The position numbers were made by a program, and so were the translations under genes. This document shows, one piece after another, positions 18,124 through 30,062 of a stretch of 64,000 bases of DNA. Numbering within the stretch: the first letter of the stretch is position 1; every line of letters starts with the position of its first letter. The notes below the pieces were generated by a model, which did no database searches, had not been told where the DNA came from, and saw only the letters and a list, made by a program, of their open reading frames with translations. Source of the DNA: an uncultured Planctomycetota bacterium (GTDB taxonomy: Bacteria; Planctomycetota; Planctomycetia; Isosphaerales; Isosphaeraceae); the NCBI GenBank assembly GCA_963823665.1, contig CAWGMQ010000010.1, forward strand, positions 1,184,001 to 1,248,000, in the 5' to 3' direction.

Positions 18124-21100
18124 TCACGGGAGGATACGGAGTGGATCGGAGGGAACGCTCGGGCCAGCCAGCACCGCATCGGCCTCGGCGCGATACTCGG
18201 CCAGCTCCTTGGCGTGTTGGGCTGAAAGGGATTTCTGCTCTCCCACCCAGCGCACCGCGCGGTCAAAGCACCCATGCGCCTCGGCGCGGTGGCCCAGCCT
18301 GTGGTGCGCCATGGCCAGGAAGAAGAGGTCGAATGCGGCGGATTCGCCATTGCCGGCCTTCAGGCTTTTTTCCAGCGATGTGATCGCTTCGGCGAACTTG
18401 CCTGCCCGGCAGAGTGCAATGCCCAAGGTGTTAAGGCTGTTATGTTCCCCCGGAACGAGCGCGACGGAAAAGGCCGCCAGCCTGGCCGCGAGCGCCGGGT
18501 CGCGCTGGGGCTTGGGGCCCGTCGCGAGTATCCAGGACAGGTTGTTCATGATGGTGTCCAGTTGGTAGATCGTGCGCACCGTCTCGGGATCGGCCTGAAA
18601 TGCCGACTCGAGCTGATCCAGAGCCGGCGCGTAGCGTTTGAGGTCGAGCAGGCACATTCCTTGATTGGCCCGTAGATCGCCTTCGAGCGGACGAAGGGCG
18701 CACGCGGCGGAGAAATCGGCCAGGGCCTGATCGAAGTGCTTCAGCCTGCGCAGCGCGTGGCCACGCTTGTGCAGGGCGTCCGTGTCATCCGGATGCGCTT
18801 TTAGCCGGTCGGTGTAGCGGGCGACGAGGTCCTCGGCCGGAACTTCCTGTTGCTGGAGGTGGCTTTCGAGTTGCTCGATCACGGTGCGGAGCGGCCCGTG
18901 GTCGACCTTGAGCGTGGGCAGGGGAAGCGCGGAGGGTCCGGCCGCGTCGTCCGCGGAATAGGGCGGCGAGACCCAATCGAGGCCCATTCCGGCCAGACGG
19001 CTTCGGATGACTCGCAAATCCCAGACGTGGACGGCCGGTCCATCTGCTGTGGTCACCACGAGCCGCGATCCGTCCGGGCTGAACGTCGCGTACGCGGCAT
19101 CGCAAAGGTCGGGGCTTTCCAGGCGCGTGACCGTGCGGCCGGTGCCTGTCTCGACGATGCGAATGAACTTGCTGTCGTCCTGGACGGCCAGCAAGCGCCC
19201 ATCACGCGAGAAGCACAGGCCGTGTCCGCCGATTTGCAGTTCCTCGAGCCAGGTGCCGGCGGCCCACAGGCGACACGGTGCCACAGTCGTAAGGATCCAC
19301 TGTCCATCCGGACTGAAGCGAACTCCGCCGTTCTGAACGCCTGGTAGTTTGACAACCTCCGAGGCGTCCGAGATTCGCCAGATTTGAACGCCACCGGCCG
19401 CGTGACTCGCTGTGCCAAGCCACTGGCCGTCGGGGCTGACGGCGACGGCACGGGCGTCGTCGAGCGGCTCGACCTTGAGCTTGCGTTCTGGCGTGAGAAT
19501 CGCGGCGTGGGTGTGGTTTGCCTCGGCGACCACCCGGCTCTGCTGGTCAACGGCAATCTCAGCACCGCTTGGCGGCAAAGGCAGCCGGGTTGGGGGCCCG
19601 ATCTTGACGACGCCCCGATCCGTGTCCACCTTCAGCGGCCAGCGCCACATGCCGAGCACGCCGCTGGTCAGCAAATCGCCCGATTCTTCGAACTGACTGT
19701 GGAATGCCAGCCCGATGCGCAAAAGCCCGAGCTCCGTGCCGTGGGCCAGGTCCCAGAGCACCACGCCGTGCTCCGTGCCGACGGCCAGAATTCGCCCGTC
19801 ATGCCGGATCGACGCGTGGGCGTAGTAGATTTCGTGGCTTGTGGCGTGGGCCAAGGTGCGGTATTCGACGGCTGGATTGACCTGATACGTGGTCAGTTTG
19901 CCCTCGGACGAAACGGCAATCCGGCCGTCCCGGCTGAATTCAGCCCAGGACGAGCTCGGGACGCTCAGCGCTAACCGGCCCAGGATGGCGTCCCAGAGCC
20001 GCAGACCTCCGTAGTTACCGACGCTCGCCAGCAGTGTGCCGTGAGGGTGAAAGGAAACCTTCAATCCGCCGGTGGGGATTTCGAGGGTTGTCCTCCGAAT
20101 CCCGGTGGCGAGGTCCATAAGATCAATCCTCTTGTGCGATGTGATCGCGAGTGTGGTGCCGTCGGGGCTCCAGTCCATCTTGCCGTCTCCGAGCGATGGA
20201 AACGATCGAACGACGCGGCCCGACTCCGCATCAATAACCGTGCAGGCAGGTTTTCCGTTCTCCGAGCAGACGAGCGCAATTGCGCCCGTCCGCGCGGAAA
20301 GCTAGATCCGAGGGTGACGGCAACGGCCAGCGCTTGAGCCGGTGACCGGTCGCCAGGTCGTAGACGTGGAGTGCGCCATCTGCCGAACACGCGGCAATCC
20401 GCAGGCTGTCCGGGCTGAACTTGGCCGAGCTCGACGGCAGAAACGGCCCCTTTTCATCGAGCGATTTCTCGACCCGGTCGACGTCCCAAACGGTCAGTCC
20501 GGCGTCGGGAGCGTGCGTGGTCGCGAGGTACCGGCCGTCAGGGCTGAAGCTGAACGTCAAGATGTCGCGATCGCCACGGGCATTGAACTGAGCGATTTGT
20601 TGATCGTCGGCGACGCGGCGTACCAGGATTGTCCCATCCAGAAACCGGAGCGCGTAGCGGGTCATGGCAGAGTCGAAAGTGAATAGTACGGCGCCCTCCG
20701 GCAGGGGAATGACCCGACCCGTGGCTTTCAGGTCAGGCAGCGCCATGCAGGCGATCGCAGCATCGCGGAGCAGCTCGAACCGCTCAGGTTCGAGCTTGAG
20801 CTCACGGCCAATCTCGGCTGCGTCGGCGAGGGCGTCAAGGCTCTCGAAACGCTGCCCCTTGCGATGGCTGAAGCGCTTTGCCTGGGCTTGCGAAAGCAGC
20901 GAATCGAACAACTTCTCGCGGGCATCGCTGAAGTGGATGGCGATCTGGTTGCGCTGATTGCGATAAGTGATTGCATAGACCGTCGAGATGATGGCCAGGA
21001 TCGTCGTGAGAGCTGCTGCGGCGATATTGGCCGCCGCAAGCTTGGGGTTGCGCTTGCACCACAGCCGGAACTGCTGGGGGTAGGAGATCGGCCGCGATCG

Positions 21101-22564
21101 GAGTGGCCGGTTTTCGACAAACCGCCGCAATTCGGCGGCCATTTCGAGGGCGGTTGCGAACCGGTGCGCTGGGTCCTTGGCAAGGGCCTTGAGGACGATC
21201 GTTTCCAGGTCGCGGGGAATTTTGTGATCGAGCTTACGAGGGGGCACCGGCGGGTCGTTGCCGATACGGTGAATCAACTCGAGCTGATCGCTTCCCTCGA
21301 ACGCGGGGCGAAAGGTCAGCAGCTCATAGAGCGTCGCACCCAAGGCGTAAATGTCACCGGCGCGGTCCGAGATACCCCGGAACCGCTCGGGGGCCATGTA
21401 CCGCAAGGTCCCGATCAGATCTTGCGACTTCGAGAGGTCGTCGCCCTCCTCGAACTTGGCCAGGCCGAAATCGGTGACCCAGATGTTACCGAGCGGATCG
21501 AGGATCAAGTTGGGCGGCTTGATGTCACGATGCAAGACGCCTCGCTCATGCGCGTAAGCAAGTGCATCGGCGACCTGGGCGCCCAGCCGGGCGACTTCGC
21601 GATAGTATCGAACATCGGGCTTTCCGGTCAGCGAGCTGGTTGTGCCGTTTTCTCGCACTCTCTCAGAATCGCCGGCGGCTTGTGATCTGGGAGGCAGGCC
21701 ATGCGGAGGACGGATCATGACTTCGGCCTGCCGCAGCTCGCGCAGGAAGCGACGGGTCGCGGCGCCATAGTCGCCTTCCCCCACGACCGGAGCGACAGCC
21801 TCCTCGGAAGGGGGCAAGGTCGCTTGCTCGCCTGGGTCGACGTCGGCGCCGGCGGACGGAAATTGACCGGTCAGGAACCCCAATGTGACGGTGTTCCTCA
21901 GGGAGTTCATCGCGCACCGTGCATCGTCTTCGCCGGCGATGTCATCGTGGGCACCCCGGGTCTTCGCGTGAACCGTCAGCGTCGCGGTATTCCCGTCGGG
22001 CACGCCTTCTTGTTCACGTCGGAGCTCGCGGATGTCTTCCAGAACCTTGTCCATGCTCTGCCCGGCGATAAACTGCATTGCGTAATAGCAGATGCCCTCG
22101 TGCTCGCCAAAGTCGAAGACGCTCACGATGTTTGTGTGGTGCAACCGTGCGGCGGAGCGGGCCTCGATGTGGAATCGACGGAGGTAGTTCGGGCGGTTGC
22201 GATACTGTGGGTGCATCACTTTGAGGGCGACGTGGCTGCGCAGCGACTCGCGGACGGCTTCGTAAACGACGCCCATGCCTCCTTCGCCCAAGTAGCGAAG
22301 GATCCGGTAATCGCCCAGCTGCGCGGGATCATCGCCGCGCGATGCCTGCGACGGCGCACTCAACGGCAAGCCAACGTCTTGTCGCTCGGGCTTGAAGTGT
22401 TCCACGAGAGCAAGCGCTGGAAACAGGTCGCGGATGTCGTCGGCATGATCGGGGTAGCGCTCGACGTACTCCGTAAGTGACGGATGCTCGCCCCGGCGCA
22501 GCCGGGCGGCGAATTCCTCGGCTAGCAGCTCGAAGGGATCGCGATCGGCACTTGTGTGGCTCAT
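18124..22564 (-). CDS. Ser/Thr protein kinase with TM segment, WD40 repeats and C-terminal TPRs (frameshifted near 20280)
   Basis: LGEGGMGVVY, VALKVM, HRDIKPPN, DFGLAK, GTLRYMAPE; FSPDG WD40 repeats continue across ORFs 20231..22564 and 18124..20178; NNLSWILAT and NTLGIALCRAG TPRs. Confidence 0.9.
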
Positions 22565-22594
22565 GGGCGATCCCCTTCCACCCTCTCGAATTGA

Positions 22595-23250
22595 TCAAAT
22601 TGGTCGGGAAGGCTGCGAGCCGTCACCGAGTCGGAGCGTGGGGGCCAGGATCTCCTTGAGGCGGCGCAGTGCGCGGACATAGCGTTTGCTGGCAGCGGCT
22701 TTCTGCAAGCCCAGGACGGCGGCGATCTCGCCGTTGCTTAGCTCTTCAAAGTGGCGCAGAGCGATCATCTCGCAGTCGATCGGGTCCATGGCGCTGAGCG
22801 CATCCTGGATCTTGATCTGGATTTCGGCCCGCATCACGGCCCGGCTCGGCGACGTCAGCCGGCCGAGGAGCTGGGCTGCCAGGGACCGCGAGTCGGCCGA
22901 GGGCAACGGACCGCTCTGGAGCGAAACCTCGCGCGCCGCATCGCGTCCGCGCACTCCGAGGTGGACGCGGTGAAGTGTGACGAGGCGCTGCACTGTCAGA
23001 AAGCGCAGCCAGACGAATGGCGGCATCTTGGGATCGGCGGCGAACTCGCCGAGCCGGCGCGAGGCGTCGAGAAAAGCTTCCTGAATGACATCCGATGGGT
23101 CGATGCGCCCTGCAGGCGCCTGTCGAGCCGTAGCTGGACCATGCGGCGGAGGCGATCGTGATGCGCGCGGAATAGCTCTCCGAGAGCTTGCTGCTCGCCT
23201 GCACAAATGCGGTGCAACAGGGATTGGTCGGCTCCGGTCTCACTGGACAT
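22595..23250 (-). CDS. ECF RNA polymerase sigma factor, planctomycete kinase-associated type (frameshift near 23105)
   Basis: ALGELFRAHHDRLRRMVQLRLDRRLQG|RIDPSDVIQEAF...LRHFEELSNGEIAAVLGL..AASKRYVRALRRL; GGGAGG RBS; one missing base joins the two ORFs. Confidence 0.9.
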
Positions 23251-23760
23251 GTCGATTCGATCCTCCCAACATCATAACCGCGCGCTACGCGTGATCGTAA
23301 ACAGGCCGGCGGGGCGATTTTTGGCGATTTGTGGCGCGGTCTGGGCCGGACCAACTGGGAGATTCTCCTGGTTTTGAGCGACCGGATCGGGCGTGCTCCG
23401 CAATCGACGTTGCTCACGGCGGTGGTTTCAGGGCAAGGCGGTCGCGCAGGTCGCGTTTCTGTAGGTAAGCGGCTGGCTCGCTCGTTCGCTCGCGAGCGCT
23501 GGTCGGAGCGGAAGACGCGGAATTCGATTGGATTCGAGGCCGGCCAGCGGCGTTCTCTTTCGCCGGCGTGGCTGACCGAGCGTGGTACAGCTCCAGAGGT
23601 TGGGTGTCTGGGTCCCCTTTTTGTTGACGTCGGGGGAACCCGCTTGCAGGTTGCAGGTCCCGATGTTGCGAAGGATGATAGTGCTTCAGATGACCATCAG
23701 CCATCAGCGGCAAGCCGGCCGTCGACGTCGAGCGCCCGAGTTCGGCCAAGGTATTTGATC

Positions 23761-24255
23761 ATGAGCAAAACCTCGAATCCACATCATGATGTCTTTCTCT
23801 CGCACAATTCGCTAGACAAACCGACCGTCGAGGACCTAGGAGGGCGGTTGCTCGATGCCGGGATCACCCCCTGGTTCGACAAGTGGAACCTCGTCCCAGG
23901 CGAGCCCTGGCAGCGCGAGATCGAGAAGGCGTTGATGAGCTGCGCTGCGTGCGCGGTAATCATTGGTAAGGACCCTCTCGGTCCCTGGCATCACGAGGAG
24001 ATGCGAGCGGCGATTGCGCGGCAAGTGACGGACCGTCAGCGCAGGTTGCGGGTGATCCCGGTGCTGCTGCCCGGGGCGGGCAAGCCCGATGTAGATCGCA
24101 TGCCCCCCTTCCTGGCCAGGAACACTTGGGTCGAGTTCCGTGACTCGCTCGACGATCCTGAGGCGTTCCATCGGCTGGTCTGCGGCATCAAGGGGCTCCC
24201 GCCTGGCCCCGGCCCTCGCCCGAACCGGAGCTGTGCCCCGGGGAGCCGTCGCTAA
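23761..24255 (+). CDS. Stand-alone TIR domain protein with catalytic Glu
   Basis: HDVFLSHNSLDK..VE.L...GITPWFDKWNLVPGEPW..LGPWHHEEMRAAI..VIPVLLPG; Glu at W+4 (23998-24000). Confidence 0.85.
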   Translation: MSKTSNPHHDVFLSHNSLDKPTVEDLGGRLLDAGITPWFDKWNLVPGEPWQREIEKALMSCAACAVIIGKDPLGPWHHEEMRAAIARQVTDRQRRLRVIPVLLPGAGKPDVDRMPPFLARNTWVEFRDSLDDPEAFHRLVCGIKGLPPGPGPRPNRSCAPGSRR

Positions 24256-24301
24256 TCGAGCCGCCACTCATCTTCTCACCGTGGTCCGCCAGGATACGAT
24301 C

Positions 24302-27300
24302 ATGGCCGGCATCCGCTATCATGTCTTCCTGTCGTATAACGAGCAGCACCGACTGGCGGTCGAGGAGCTGGCCCGGTGGCTGGTGCGCGAAGGTCTGACG
24401 CCGTTCTTCGACTGGTGGGACCTGATCCCTGGCGAGCCGAGACAGGAAACCCTGGAGCGTGCCCTGATCGCCAGCGCCAGTTGCGCCGTGGTGCTGGGCG
24501 CCGGTGAGGATGGCATTGGCCCCTGGCAGGAAGTCCAGCTGAGGACAGCCATCGACCGGCAGGTGCGCGAGCGGGCCGGAGGCTTCCGGGTAATCCCGGT
24601 GCTGCTACCCGGGGCCGAGTGGTCGGAGGACAGGTTGCCGGAGGCTCTGAAGCGGTATGAGCATGTCGCGTTCGACCAGATGCTCGACGATGCGGAGGCG
24701 CTGCGCCGACTCGCCTGTGGCATCCGAGGCCAACCGCCCGGCCCGCGGCCCGGCGCTGCGATCGTTCCGGGTGTCAAGCCCTACCGGGGCCTGCGGGTGT
24801 TCGAGGAACAGCACGCGGCCCTGTTCTTCGGCCGCGAGCGCCTGACGCGAGAACTCGTCGAGCTGCTACAGGAGCCGGCCGTCGGGGGCCTCGGCGAGCG
24901 TCTGCTGGCAGTGCTGGGGCCGTCGGGCAGCGGCAAGTCGTCGGTGGTGCGCGCTGGTCTGGTTCCGGCGCTGCGGCAGGGGGCGTTGGAGGGGAGCGCT
25001 TCCTGGCCCGTGGCGGTCGTCAAGCCGGGCGCCCGGCCGCTGGAGAGCCTGGCGGTCGCGCTTGAAACCCTCGGCCGGAAGGAGAGTCCCCCGGTCTCGG
25101 CCTACGACCGCGTGGCTCAGCTACAGGATGGCGCTCGCTCGTTGCACGTCGCCGCGCGGCTGATCCTGGGTGAGCCTCCCCGCGCCGCGCGGCTGCTCGT
25201 AATCGTCGACCAGTTCGAGGAGATCTTCACCCTGTGCACGAGCGCTGATCTCCGCACGGGCCTGATCGACAACCTGCTCGGTGCCGTCGCCGAGCCCGGC
25301 GGCCCGGTGGTCGTCGTGCTCGCGCTGCGGGCCGATTTCTACGGCCACTGCGCCGGATACCGTGGCCTGGCCGACCTGATGGCACGGCGGCAGAAGCTGG
25401 TCGGCGCGATGAACCCCGAGGAACTGCGGTGGGCGATCGAGAAGCCGGCTCGGCGCTGCGGCGGCACGGTAGATCCGGGCCTGGTCGAGTTGCTGCTCCA
25501 TGACACCCTAGGGCGCATCGACCATCAGTCGGGTTCGGAGAGGCCAGGGGAGGACTCGACCGAGGATTCCGCAATATCGTCGGCGCAGCCGGGCCATCTG
25601 CCGCTCCTTGAGTTCGCCCTGAGCGAGTTGTGGGAGCGGCGAGCGGGAAGCCCGCTGACCACCGCCGCATACCGGGAGATTGGTGGGCTCGTCGGAGCCC
25701 TGGAGCGGCATGCCGACGCCGTCTTGGCGCAACTGGGCCGGGAGGATCCCGCTAACGAGATGATCTGCCGTCGGATCTTCTTGAGCTTGGTTCATCCCGG
25801 GCAGGGCACCGTGGACACCCGGAGGAGCGCCGCCTACCTGGCCCTGGCCACAAATACCAGGGCCGAGCAGGTCGTCCGGACTCTGATCGATGCGCGCCTG
25901 CTGACGGCCGACGACGCGGAGCAGTCGTCTGCTACCGTCGATCTTGCCCATGAGGCACTGATCCAGTATTGGACCGAGCTGCGCCGGTGGATTGTCGCCG
26001 AGCGTGATGATCTGTTCGCGCGCGACCGTTTGGCGGACGACGCGATTGAATGGGCGACGAAGCGCGCTCGCCGACCCGACTATCTCTACGAAGGTGGCCG
26101 GCTGGCCCTGGCCCTCGAATGGGCCGACAAACATCCGGACGAAGCTCGCCACACCGAGCACGTCGGCGAGTTCCTCGCCTCCAGCCGCGAGGCAGAACGA
26201 CGCCACAAGCAAGACAAACTCGATCAGGAACGTCGCTTGGCCGATGCCGAGCGTCGGCGGGCCGAGGAGGCCGAGGCTGCGACCAGCCACCAGAAGAAGC
26301 TCCGTCAGCGATTCCAGGTCGCGGCAGCGGTCGCCCTCCTTCTTGCCCTTGCCGCGGGGTTGCAGACCTGGCGGGCGAATCGAGCGAGCGAAACAGCCAG
26401 AAGTGCTGCCAAGAAGGAAACGGAAGCGCGCAAGCAAGCGGAAATGAGTGCGACCTTGGCGGGGGCCAAGGCGGAACTTGCCAAGGAGAACGAGGAGCGG
26501 GCGACGACCCAGGCCAGTATCGCGAAGTCGCGAGAACTCGCCGCCTACTCCGAGGCGCAGCGAGATAAGCAACCAGACAGGTCGCTCCTCCTGGCGGTCG
26601 AAGCCCTCCAGTCCGCGATCACTCTCGAGGCACGCAATAGTCTCTTAAATGGCTTGCAATCCAAATCAAAGCCCGGACTCACATCGTTCCTTCCTGCCGG
26701 CTGTGAGGTTACGAGCGTAGCCTTCAGCCCCGACGGCAAGATCCTGGCCGGCGGATACGCGGTTGGCGGCTTATACAATGAGGGTGGCGTGGTGCTGTGG
26801 GATGTCGCGGGGCGGAAGCGCCTGGTCTACTGGCCGATAGATGTGCCCAGGGGTCGCGTCTCCAGCGTGGCCTTCAGTGCGGACGGCAAAGTCCTAGCCG
26901 TTGCATCCTATGACGGCGTACGAGTGCAAAACGTTGCCGACTGGAGACGCCTGGCCGAGCGCCGCTGAGTGAGCGCCCGCTACCCGTGCCTCAGATTTTT
27001 CGGTGGGGGATGGCCTTCGAGAGCGTGGCCTTCAGCCCCGACGGTAAGGCCCTGGCCGGAGGCGGTTCGTTCGAGGACTATGTAATTCTGTGGAACGCCG
27101 CCGGCTCCAAGATTCTCGCCACCCTCCCAACGTATTTTGGCAGCATTACGGACGTAGCATTTAGCCCCGACAGCAAGATCCTGGCCGCCGGATTCACCAC
27201 CGACAAAGTCGGCGGCGTGGTGCTATGGGATGTGGCCGGGAGGAAGCGCCTGGTCGAGGACCCGCTGGACGTGGTGGAAGGCTTGGTCGAGCAGGTGGCC

Positions 27301-27831
27301 TTCAGCCCCGACGGCAAGATCCTGGCCGTCGGATACATGCACGGTATCGACGGCGGCGTGGTGCTATGGGATGTGGCCGGGCGGAAGCGCCTGGTGGAGC
27401 GCCCGCTGGCCGTGATCGAGGGAAACGTCTGGAGCGTGGCCTTCAGCCCCGACGGTAAAGCTCTGGCCGCCGGGTTCACCAACGGCAAGGTCGGCGGCGT
27501 GGTGCTGTGGGATGTGGTCGGGCTGAAGCGCCTGGTGGAGCGCCCGCTGGCCGTGGCCGAGGGCCGCATTTCGAGCGTGGCCTTCAGTCCGGATGGCAAG
27601 ACCCTAGGCGTCGGAATCATACCCGGTCTCTTCGACGAGTCTGATGGCGGCGTAGTGTTGTGGGACATCGATCTCCAATCCTGGATGCATCACGCCGGCC
27701 GCATCGCCAATCGGAACTTCACCCGCGACGAATGGCGTGAGTATTTTCCCGGCCAGCCCTACCGCCCGACGTTCCCCGACCTTCCCGTCCCGCCGGAGGT
27801 TCCTTCTCAAGCGGGAGAAACACGCCCATGA
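24302..27831 (+). CDS. TIR - nSTAND1-type NTPase - TM - WD40 protein (frameshift near 26962)
   Basis: YHVFLSY TIR, PYRGLRVF..FFGRE, Walker A GPSGSGKSS, Walker B LVIVDQFEE, LRADFY, LPLLEFALSELW, DLAHEALIQYW; hydrophobic VAAAVALLLALAAGL; seven VAFSxDxK repeats. One extra C in GAGCGCCGCTG joins 26986..27831. Confidence 0.88.
26720..27670 (+). repeat. Intragenic WD40 tandem repeats; last four at exact 141-bp period
   Basis: GCCTTCAGCCCCGACGG-type anchors at 26720, 26870, 27028, 27157, 27298, 27439, 27580. Confidence 0.85.
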
Positions 27832-28489
27832 AATGCCTTGACTGTGGTTCAAGAATAAGGAAGCTTGGATCGTTGCTCCCTGTGGCGTTGTGATCGAATC
27901 GTACGCTCGCCCCGGCGAGCTGGGACGGCCGAGCGCGCGATAATAGTCACAATGTGCCGTTATCGCGCGCTTGACCCGTGAGATCCGATCGCCGGGCCTG
28001 GTGGCGATGTGGCCCCACAACACATGCGCGAAAAATCCATATCTGATCAATTCTAGGGTTAAGGGGGGAGGCAGACATTGCGCCAGGAAGCTCGGAAAAG
28101 GAGGATCACCTCAAATGTGAAACCTTTTATGGGAACTCTGCGGGTAACCAATCCCGTCCGGCAAAGCTGGACCAGCAGCCGGAAGCGAGCCGCCATGCGG
28201 GAATGACATGCATGCATAAATGGGCGTACGCTCTACGGACCCTTCGGGAGAGGTTCGTAGTCTGAACATGCATCGAGTGAATGGGCCGTCGACCATTGAA
28301 CAACCAGGGATCACTCTCTGACGTGTTTACGTGATCACGTCTCGTCATACTGGTGCATCAGGGGAGTGATCCCATGTCGCCTTATCAGACGTTGGTGATC
28401 CGACAGAGCGCCTGGCTCGCTTTAGGCTTTGCGCCTGAGTCTTGTCGAAGGCGTTGTATGATCCCTGGTCGACTCGGCTCGATCTGGCC

Positions 28490-29701
28490 TCACTCCCCTG
28501 ACGATTGTGATTTTACCGCATGGAACCCCCACTGGATCAAGATGTCGAGCAGGATGTCGCCAAGCGAACAAGGGCCGTGTGTTTGCACACACCTGGCGTT
28601 CGACTTGCGCTTGACGACCCGCCACCATGTGGTAGGCAATCCGGCAGAACCGGCACGCCACGCGCACCCGCACGGCTCGCGGATCCCGCCCGGCCGCACT
28701 CCACATCTTTCCCAGAGCCTTGAAGTACGCGTTGCAAACGACCAAGTTGTCGGCGATCAGCATGATGGCGTTACGAAGCGTGCGGTTAGCGCTGCTGACT
28801 AAAGGACCGTTCGCATGGTCGACCTGATCGCTCTGGTATCGCGAGGGATAAAGCCCTGCTCGACCGGTAATCGACCGCGGTGTTGCGTAGTTCGATATCG
28901 GCCCCGCCTCGCCCGCGAACTCTCCCGCCGAGACCACATTGATCCCGGGAATACCCATGAGCAGGACATAGGGTGTCGTTGCCAGCAGTCCGGCGATCTC
29001 TTGCTCCAACCGGGCAATCCCGCATCCTTTGGCTTGCCGGTCATCGTCGAGTTCGGTCCAGATCCGTTGGTGGATGTCGGCGTGATCGAGACTCTCCGCG
29101 GCGCGAGCGGCCCAGGCGATGAGCTTGTGAAGACTGCGCTGGAACGGGACATTGCCCTGCTGGAGGATCTTCGTCAGGCCCGCGATGCCAGTCTGGCTGA
29201 GGACGCTGGCCGATCCCGTGTGTCTGGCGATCAAGAGGACGATATTGCTCTCGAACTGGCATCGAAGCAACGCGCATAGCCTTGCAAAATGATATCGAGA
29301 TGCTCTTGGATCTGAAAAATCAGCACATCACCCTTGCGGACCAAATCACGGCGGTGACGGACCAAGAGTTGTAGCTGGGCGTAGGGGGGTTCGAGGGGTC
29401 GCTCGATCAGGCCAAAGCCGTTGACCGTCGCGCGGTGCTGAGCGAGCAGGTCGGTGTCATCGGTCTTGTTCCCGTCATCCGCCGGCTGTCGGAAGTGTTT
29501 GGTGGTGCGACCGTGGATGGTGCGAGTTTCGAAACCCGCCTTCTCGAACATTCTCTTGGGGCGGACGTGATAGTTGCCCGTGCGCTCGACCGACACAGTC
29601 GAATCACGGATCTTGTGTTTACTGATGGCCTCCTTCAACACCCGCAGCGACGCATCGAAGCCAGGGCGCGTGTGTTCGAGCATCGTTTTGGGCACGAGCA
29701 C
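28490..29701 (-). mobile_element. IS110-family transposase relic (5'-truncated, frameshifted, apparently internally deleted)
   Basis: VSVERTGNYH and GNKTDDTDL (part of the DEDD RuvC-like domain); IPGINVVSAGEFAGEAG..TGRAGLYPSRYQSD (Tnp domain Ser loop). N-terminal Asp region missing; three frames. Confidence 0.85.
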
Positions 29702-30062
29702 CTTGCATCAGATATGGGGAACTCCGTCGTCGCGGTCCAGCTTCCGCCACGGCCATCGGGGATAGCGGGAGCTTTTTTGTATTCGTCCCAGCTCATCCTG
29801 TGGTAAAAATCAGGAGACGGAAAAAACATATGAAGACTTATTGATCTTAATTAGGTTCTCACTGTATTGACCATCAAAGGTCGCGCTCGACGGACTTGCA
29901 AAGCTCAGCAACTTTTGCGGATTCAAACCGCGCCCATGTGCGCCGCTCATTTCTCACCCGGAGCTTGTTGTCGAAAACCATGACTTTGACGAGCAGCATG
30001 TTTACCTCCCGGCTCTACCCGGGGCTGGCGACGGAAATTCGATGGTCCGAACGGAGGGCGCG

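Noticed and set aside
26966..26968. UGA ending the TIR-STAND ORF (and other UGA stops at 1146 and 20231) as further Sec codons
   Set aside because: The downstream coding sequence continues in a different frame; these are explained by indels, with no Cys-equivalent context.
29702..30040. AT-richer stretch and short ORF 29635..29829 upstream of the IS110 relic
   Set aside because: Too short to assign; probably a fragment or junction sequence.
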